The notes under the pieces were generated by a model. The model was given only the letters and a program-made list of their open reading frames with translations, was not told where the DNA came from and made no database searches. Position numbers and translations under genes: made by a program. A DNA stretch of 64,000 bases from Longimicrobiales bacterium (GTDB lineage: Bacteria > Gemmatimonadota > Gemmatimonadetes > Longimicrobiales > Gaopeijiaceae), in contig CBDCNQ010000005.1 of NCBI GenBank assembly GCA_965219445.1, forward strand, positions 896,001 to 960,000. The letters run 5' to 3'. Position 1 is the first letter of the stretch. Each line of letters begins with the position of its first letter. Positions 58,782 through 64,000 of the stretch are shown piece by piece.

Positions 58782-61700
58782 CTAATGCGCAGCGGAGCAA
58801 GGCCTCAGGAGCAGGGCGGCGATCCGCCGCGCGGTGTCGGCGAAGTGCTGAACTTCCTCGGCCCGAAGGTTCCGGCCGAGAACTTTACGCTCGCGGTAGG
58901 ACAGCCACTTCTTGAGGATCTGGTAGCCACCGAGCCTGTAGTCCCAGACCGCGGCGGGGATGTTGCGCCAGAATGCCTCCCCGTTGAGGTAGACATCGAA
59001 GGTCTTGTCGCCGAGAACCGGCAACGCGTCCAACATGGCCGTAGTTTCCTCCGGTGTGTAGGCTCGTTCCTCAGCGCGGCCTCGGCCGGGCATCACAGCG
59101 TCGCCCGACCCGTAGTGCCCCCAGCCGACGGTGACGACGAAATCGGCGCCCGCCATGTTGCGTCCCCCGACGGTACACGGAACAGCGATAGCGGCGGCGG
59201 CGGGACGCAGCGGGGTTCGAGTGACGCCGGGCACCGGCATTTCTGGATCGAGTAGAGCGGCTAGCTCGCGCCCATGTGTCGCCGACCGGGCGAGCGCCTC
59301 AGCTGCTCCTTCAGCCTCGCCGTCTGGCCAGCCGGGCAGCGGGATGCGCGGCCATCCCATGCGCAGCGCCCCAGCGTTGGTTGCACGGTAGCTGGGATCG
59401 TGCACGACGGAGATGACATGGTAGAACAGGTCTTCGACGCCAAGCTCCAGACGGTCGAGATAGCGCTGCGCCTTCCCGGAGAGATTGGCATGGCGCCCGG
59501 CGCCGGTACCGTCCCCATGGCCTTCGTCACGAAGCCAGGCCGGAAACATCAGCGCGCCACGCTCGATTAGGTGCCGAGTACCGATGTGTCGCGTGAACCA
59601 CGTTTGCGGTTGCTCCGCCCCTTTCCGCAGATGTTGGGCGGCGGACAGCCACATGTTCCCGTCGAACACATGCGGCCTGTAGTCGGCGCGTGGACGATCA
59701 AGCAGAAGGCCATCCTCCTCCCAATAGAGCCAGCGGTTGTCGAATGGTCGGTACGCGAAGCGGATGAATCCAGATTCATCTGGTCCGCCGCGTCTCAGCA
59801 GCGCGTCACGCACTGCGGGGGCATCGAAGCGCGCCGTGGACTTCATGACCCTCGGATAACGCCGTGCGATTTCCTCATGGCTCAACGCGGCGTCGAAGTA
59901 GTCGCCTACACGCGCTTGGAGCCGGTCAAGATCAGTGTCCACGAGGAATTGATCGCGACAAGTCTGAACGCCGGGAAACGAGACCGGGAACAGATCGGGC
60001 AACGAGGGCCAGTCGAACCAGTCGGCGCTCACCGCCGTTGGCTTGAACGGCAAGCCCAAGGGAAGATTGGGCTCCAATGTTGAGTAGCCCGCATCAATGG
60101 CGCCTGCGTCGATACTCTGCAACAGTGCTCGCCGTCTCTCGTCAGCTCTTGCCTGATGGAAGTCACGATACCGAACATGCCGACGCGGCGGGGTATCGGT
60201 GCCGGTTCCCGACCTGGAAAGCAGCGCGATGCTAGTTCCGATCTTGATACCTGACGATTGGCCTCGAAGCGCGAAGACCGTTTCACTGGTTCGTCCGTCC
60301 GGAGCATATTCTGATATGATGCGGTCGCCGTGAAGGTTGTCGATCCGGATCGCATCGAACGCTTCGAGAAAACGCTCGCGCATTCCTGTGAAAGACAGCC
60401 CATCGAGCCACGAATAGTTGGAGATGAAGCAAACAACACCCCGGCCGGTCTCCTCGACAATACGCCGCTCCGCCATGCGGAAGAAGCGAACGTAGAGATC
60501 GTTCAGGCCCTGGCCTTCGGGCCGGCGCACGCGCCTCGTCGTGCGATAGGCTTCCGAGAGCTCACGCTCCTCGTCCACTGCCATGCCGGCGAAGCCGTTG
60601 TAGGGTGGGTTACCGAGGATCACCAGAATCGGGGTTTCCTGCTTCACCCGATCCGCCCGGTCACGTTCCTCTTCAAGCTCCGGGAAGGGCAGCGGCTTGG
60701 TAACCCGTGGCTCCCAGCCGGTGAGCGCATTGGTGAGGAACACGCCGGCACGCTCGGTTCCATCATCCGCCAGCGGCGCGTCGAGGTTCTGCATGGTCAG
60801 GCCGACCTGCAAATGCGCGACGACGAACGGAGCGGGCATGATTTCGAACCCGAACACGCGCTCCGTTGCTGCTTTCCTCACCGCCTCGCCCGCGAGCGCG
60901 CCGAGCCCCTGTTCCTCGAGGTTGGCGGTGATGCGGCGGAGCACTTCCGCCAGATAGGCCCCGGTGCCGCAGCACGGGTCCAGCACATAGACGTTTTCTG
61001 CTGCAAGCCCGTCCGGAATGTCGAGATCGTCCTTCAGCGCCCTGTCCACGCGGGCCACCATGTAGCGGACCACTTCCGTTGGCGTGTACCAGACGCCCAG
61101 TTCCTTGCGCAGTGCGGGGTCGAAAGCTTCGAGGAACGGCTCGTAGAAGTACTGCACCGCCTCGCCCTCGTCGAACCGCGAGAAGAACGTGGCCCGGTCC
61201 ACACGGTCAAGGGCCGCCGATGTCCAGTCCAAGACCTCGACGAGGCGAAGCGGCTTCAGTTGGCCGGGATTGGACAGTTGCAAGAACAGGGCGCGAAGCA
61301 CCGGTGCCCGCAGGTGCCACACCGCGTCGCGCCATCTGAACCGTTGCGTACTGTAGCCGCCCTCGAACAGCGGGCCGTCGGTCTTCTGCTCGTGGCGCGA
61401 CCACAGCACCCATGCGGAGAAGACGCCGTAGAACAGCGTCTGGATCAGGGTCGAACGGAAGAAGCGCTCTCCCCGCTCCCCCTCGAACTGAATCCCGAGC
61501 GCTTCCTCCAGCGCTGACCGGACGGTTACGAGCGACGGCGCGTTTCCCGCCACCTCGACACGGGCCAAGCCGTCGCGGGCATAAGAAGCGAGAAGCCACG
61601 CCAAATCCTTCGGCTCGGCCAAGGCGGCCCGGTGCGAGAGTGCACGAGAAAGGTACTCGCCGAGGCCAGCGCCGACTTCGCGGGCGAAGGCGCGGGGCTT

Positions 61701-62204
61701 CTCCACCTTGTTCCAGAAGTCGTCCGCATCCTCCGCCAGCCGAAGGGTTTCGAGCTTGGCCGGACTGCCCGTCCCGTCCGTGCCCACCAGAACGAAGTCT
61801 CGCAGGTTCGTTACAAGCACCAGCCGGTAGCGGCCCCAGTAGCGGCTCACCTGCTTCGACTTCGTGGTGAGCCACGCATCGTCCACCACGCCCTTCACCT
61901 CGACGACCCCACGCTCCGGGACCTGTCCCTCCCGTGGCCGGCCCTTCTGGACCTGACTCGCCGTGTAGAGGGCAAAATCGGGATGACCGGCACCCTGATC
62001 CGCTCCCTCAAGAACGCAGAAGACCTTGGGCTTGAGCCCGCGCCCGACCGCTGTGAGGAGGTTCGCCAGCGCCGGATAGTAGGAGCGCTCCCCGGTCCCG
62101 CCGCCCGATGCGCGCACCCGGCGAAGATCGGCGAAATACGCTTCCGCCGCCGCGATCAGCTTCCTACTTGGTCCGGTCATCGTGCCTTCCTGGGTCTCGG
62201 ACAC
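58782..62204 (-). CDS. Single-chain restriction-modification enzyme: PD-(D/E)xK + N6-adenine MTase + Type ISP-like C-terminal TRD
   Basis: HPDF...[42 protein letters not shown]. Confidence 0.85.
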   Translation of the reverse strand: MSETQEGTMTGPSRKLIAAAEAYFADLRRVRASGGGTGERSYYPALANLLTAVGRGLKPKVFCVLEGADQGAGHPDFALYTASQVQKGRPREGQVPERGVVEVKGVVDDAWLTTKSKQVSRYWGRYRLVLVTNLRDFVLVGTDGTGSPAKLETLRLAEDADDFWNKVEKPRAFAREVGAGLGEYLSRALSHRAALAEPKDLAWLLASYARDGLARVEVAGNAPSLVTVRSALEEALGIQFEGERGERFFRSTLIQTLFYGVFSAWVLWSRHEQKTDGPLFEGGYSTQRFRWRDAVWHLRAPVLRALFLQLSNPGQLKPLRLVEVLDWTSAALDRVDRATFFSRFDEGEAVQYFYEPFLEAFDPALRKELGVWYTPTEVVRYMVARVDRALKDDLDIPDGLAAENVYVLDPCCGTGAYLAEVLRRITANLEEQGLGALAGEAVRKAATERVFGFEIMPAPFVVAHLQVGLTMQNLDAPLADDGTERAGVFLTNALTGWEPRVTKPLPFPELEEERDRADRVKQETPILVILGNPPYNGFAGMAVDEERELSEAYRTTRRVRRPEGQGLNDLYVRFFRMAERRIVEETGRGVVCFISNYSWLDGLSFTGMRERFLEAFDAIRIDNLHGDRIISEYAPDGRTSETVFALRGQSSGIKIGTSIALLSRSGTGTDTPPRRHVRYRDFHQARADERRRALLQSIDAGAIDAGYSTLEPNLPLGLPFKPTAVSADWFDWPSLPDLFPVSFPGVQTCRDQFLVDTDLDRLQARVGDYFDAALSHEEIARRYPRVMKSTARFDAPAVRDALLRRGGPDESGFIRFAYRPFDNRWLYWEEDGLLLDRPRADYRPHVFDGNMWLSAAQHLRKGAEQPQTWFTRHIGTRHLIERGALMFPAWLRDEGHGDGTGAGRHANLSGKAQRYLDRLELGVEDLFYHVISVVHDPSYRATNAGALRMGWPRIPLPGWPDGEAEGAAEALARSATHGRELAALLDPEMPVPGVTRTPLRPAAAAIAVPCTVGGRNMAGADFVVTVGWGHYGSGDAVMPGRGRAEERAYTPEETTAMLDALPVLGDKTFDVYLNGEAFWRNIPAAVWDYRLGGYQILKKWLSYRERKVLGRNLRAEEVQHFADTARRIAALLLRPCSAAH

Positions 62205-62914
62205 GCCACCCTCTCAAGGTCGCGATCTCCGGCGACTTCGGAAGATACCACGACGGACGGGTTCGCGGCGGTCGACCGGCATCGTCGAAACTGAGCGCGC
62301 GGTAAGCCGGCTCGGTTGGATCGCAGGAGGGCTTCGATGTCGGCCGCAGGTTCGCAGATTCTCGGAGGGACCCGCGCCTCGTCCGGATGCCGATTCCCTC
62401 GGACCATTCCCTTGGCGGGGTCTCCGGGCCGGCCCCCGGCTGGATTGAAACCCGTTGCGGATCAAATCCGTAGGATGCCGCCCTTCGGGTAACCGAAGCG
62501 TGGAAGGGTAGCACGACCAAACGATGCGAAACGCCGGAGGAGACGCGTAGTTCAGGTTGATCCACCCCACGGCGGAACTGATGCCCGTTTCCCCCGACAG
62601 GGGCGCTGGCGGGGATCAGTCGCCGCACCGGCTTCGTGGGTACATGGACGGCCCGGCATCGCGGGCCTCCATCCCGCCGCCGGCCGCGCTTCGCGAGGCC
62701 CGTTGAACGGGTTTCCCGGAGCGCTCGCGGGGGTGCTCCGCCACCGAATTGGCGGCGGCCGACGACGGCTCTCGGAGACGTCGGCGACGGGCTTGTCGGA
62801 CGCCGCTAAGGCGGGAGAGCCAGCCTACCCTTTGGGGCCACGCTTCGCGGGTCCCCGGCAGGGGCTGGCGGGGGGCTGTGCCCCCTCTGACCCTCCCAAC
62901 GGCAACGGCATATC

Positions 62915-63030
62915 ATGGGCGCTGGACGCGACGTGTGGGTGAAGATCCGCGCCAGCGAGGCGGAGCGTGCCGAGTGGCACGCCAAGGCCCGCTCCGCAGG
63001 GTTAACGCTGTCGGATCTGGTGCGCCTTCG
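62915..63030 (+). pseudogene. mobC: Second MobC N-terminal (RHH) remnant
   Basis: RDVWVKIRASEAERAEWHAKARSAGLTLSDLVR, then abrupt loss of similarity. Confidence 0.7.
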
Positions 63031-63145
63031 AGGCGCTGATCAGCCGAGCGACACCAGTTATGTACTGCATCTTATCCTGGGTTGTCTGGTACCCCACCTC
63101 GAGGGCAATCACCGCCCCGGTGTCAGCATGCAGATGTCCTTGGGT

Positions 63146-64000
63146 TCACCCCTCACAGTTCTCGTAGTCCGAGTCCATGCACGCACGGGCCAGTTCTGTT
63201 GCACGCACGATCTGGGTGGCGGTCATGTCGTCTTCGATTGTGTCCCTCAATTCCCTCGCGATTTCGGACCCATTGGCACCCGCAATGTTGGACCACACGT
63301 GCGCTAGCGTAGCGTCCTTGAGGACGCCTCTGCCGGTGGCGTACATGACCCCAAGGTTGAACTGCGCGCTGGCATTGCCCTGCTCGGCGGCCATCCGGTA
63401 CCAGCGCACCGCCTCGGCATGATCCTCCGGGACGCCCTCGCCGTTGTAGTACATGTACCCAAGGTTGAGCTGCGCGCTGGCATTGCCCTGCTCGGCGGCC
63501 ATCCGGTACCAGCGCACCGCCTCGGCATCATCCTCCGGGACGCCCTCGCCGTTGTAGTACATGTTCCCAAGGTAGAACTGCGCGTCAGCGCTGCCCTGCG
63601 CGGCAGCCATGCGGAGCCAGCGCACTGCCTCGGCATCATCCTGCGGGACGTTCTCGCCGTTGCCGTTGGCGTACATGACCCCAAGGATGACCTGCGCGCT
63701 GGCATTGCCCTGCGCGGCAGCCATGCGGTACCAGCGCACTGCCTCGGCATCATCCTCCGAGACGCCTTCACCGGCGGCGTACATGATCCCAAGGTAGTAC
63801 TGCGCATTCGCGTTGCCCTGCGCGGCAGCCATGCGGTACCAGCGCACTGCCTCGGCATCATCCTCTGAGACGCCTTCACCGGTGTAGTACACCATCCCAA
63901 GGTAGAACTGCGCGTCAGCGTCGCCCTGCTCGGCGGCTTGTCGGACACCGTCGAGGTTAGGAGCGTCCTGCGCCGGAAGCGGCGCGGTGTCGAGTGCGAC
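63146..64000 (-). CDS. Sel1-like repeat protein (5' end beyond the window)
   Basis: About five to six 36-aa/108-bp repeats AQxxLGxMYxxGEGVxEDxAEAVRWYRMAAxQG; frame open to 64000. Confidence 0.92.
   Translation of the reverse strand, partial: VALDTAPLPAQDAPNLDGVRQAAEQGDADAQFYLGMVYYTGEGVSEDDAEAVRWYRMAAAQGNANAQYYLGIMYAAGEGVSEDDAEAVRWYRMAAAQGNASAQVILGVMYANGNGENVPQDDAEAVRWLRMAAAQGSADAQFYLGNMYYNGEGVPEDDAEAVRWYRMAAEQGNASAQLNLGYMYYNGEGVPEDHAEAVRWYRMAAEQGNASAQFNLGVMYATGRGVLKDATLAHVWSNIAGANGSEIARELRDTIEDDMTATQIVRATELARACMDSDYENCEG

Noticed and set aside
63300..63930. CRISPR-like regular repeats
   Set aside because: These are 108-bp in-frame coding repeats of a Sel1 protein, with no unique spacers and no cas genes.

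Overview
High-GC bacterial accessory region, tentatively Gemmatimonadota and possibly host-associated (inference from protein types). Left half (1-32 kb): a run of unrelated 1-3 gene cargo modules (poxB; Tat-tagged ICL/PEP-mutase protein + DsbD-N + TlpA; M23 + amidohydrolase lipoproteins; K+ transporters; two TonB-dependent receptors; MarR/NmrA; NHL proteins; cupin; carboxylesterase). The modules are separated by two families of att-like repeats: 3' halves of tRNA-Ile(GAT) and tRNA-Lys(TTT) flanked by 10/12-bp periodic arm-like motifs. No intact integrase lies among them. A complete group IIC intron sits just behind the hairpin of the tRNA-Lys att site, and IS6 ends bracket one NHL gene. Right half (32-64 kb): an ICE-like element with a tyrosine integrase, an excisionase-like HTH protein, a Replic_Relax-like protein, ArdC, and a VirB2/3/4/9/10/5/6 T4SS carrying an in-frame virB8::virB11 deletion. 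It is followed by decayed TA genes, a Calx-beta/beta-barrel fragment, and an IS256 nested in an IS3 nested in an MNT antitoxin gene. Next come an inverted 2.5-kb second T4SS copy with intact virB8, a P4-like integrase, and two mobC remnants flanking an AlbA_2 protein and a single-chain restriction-modification enzyme. The window ends in a Sel1-repeat gene. All calls come from reading motifs by eye; no database searches were run.
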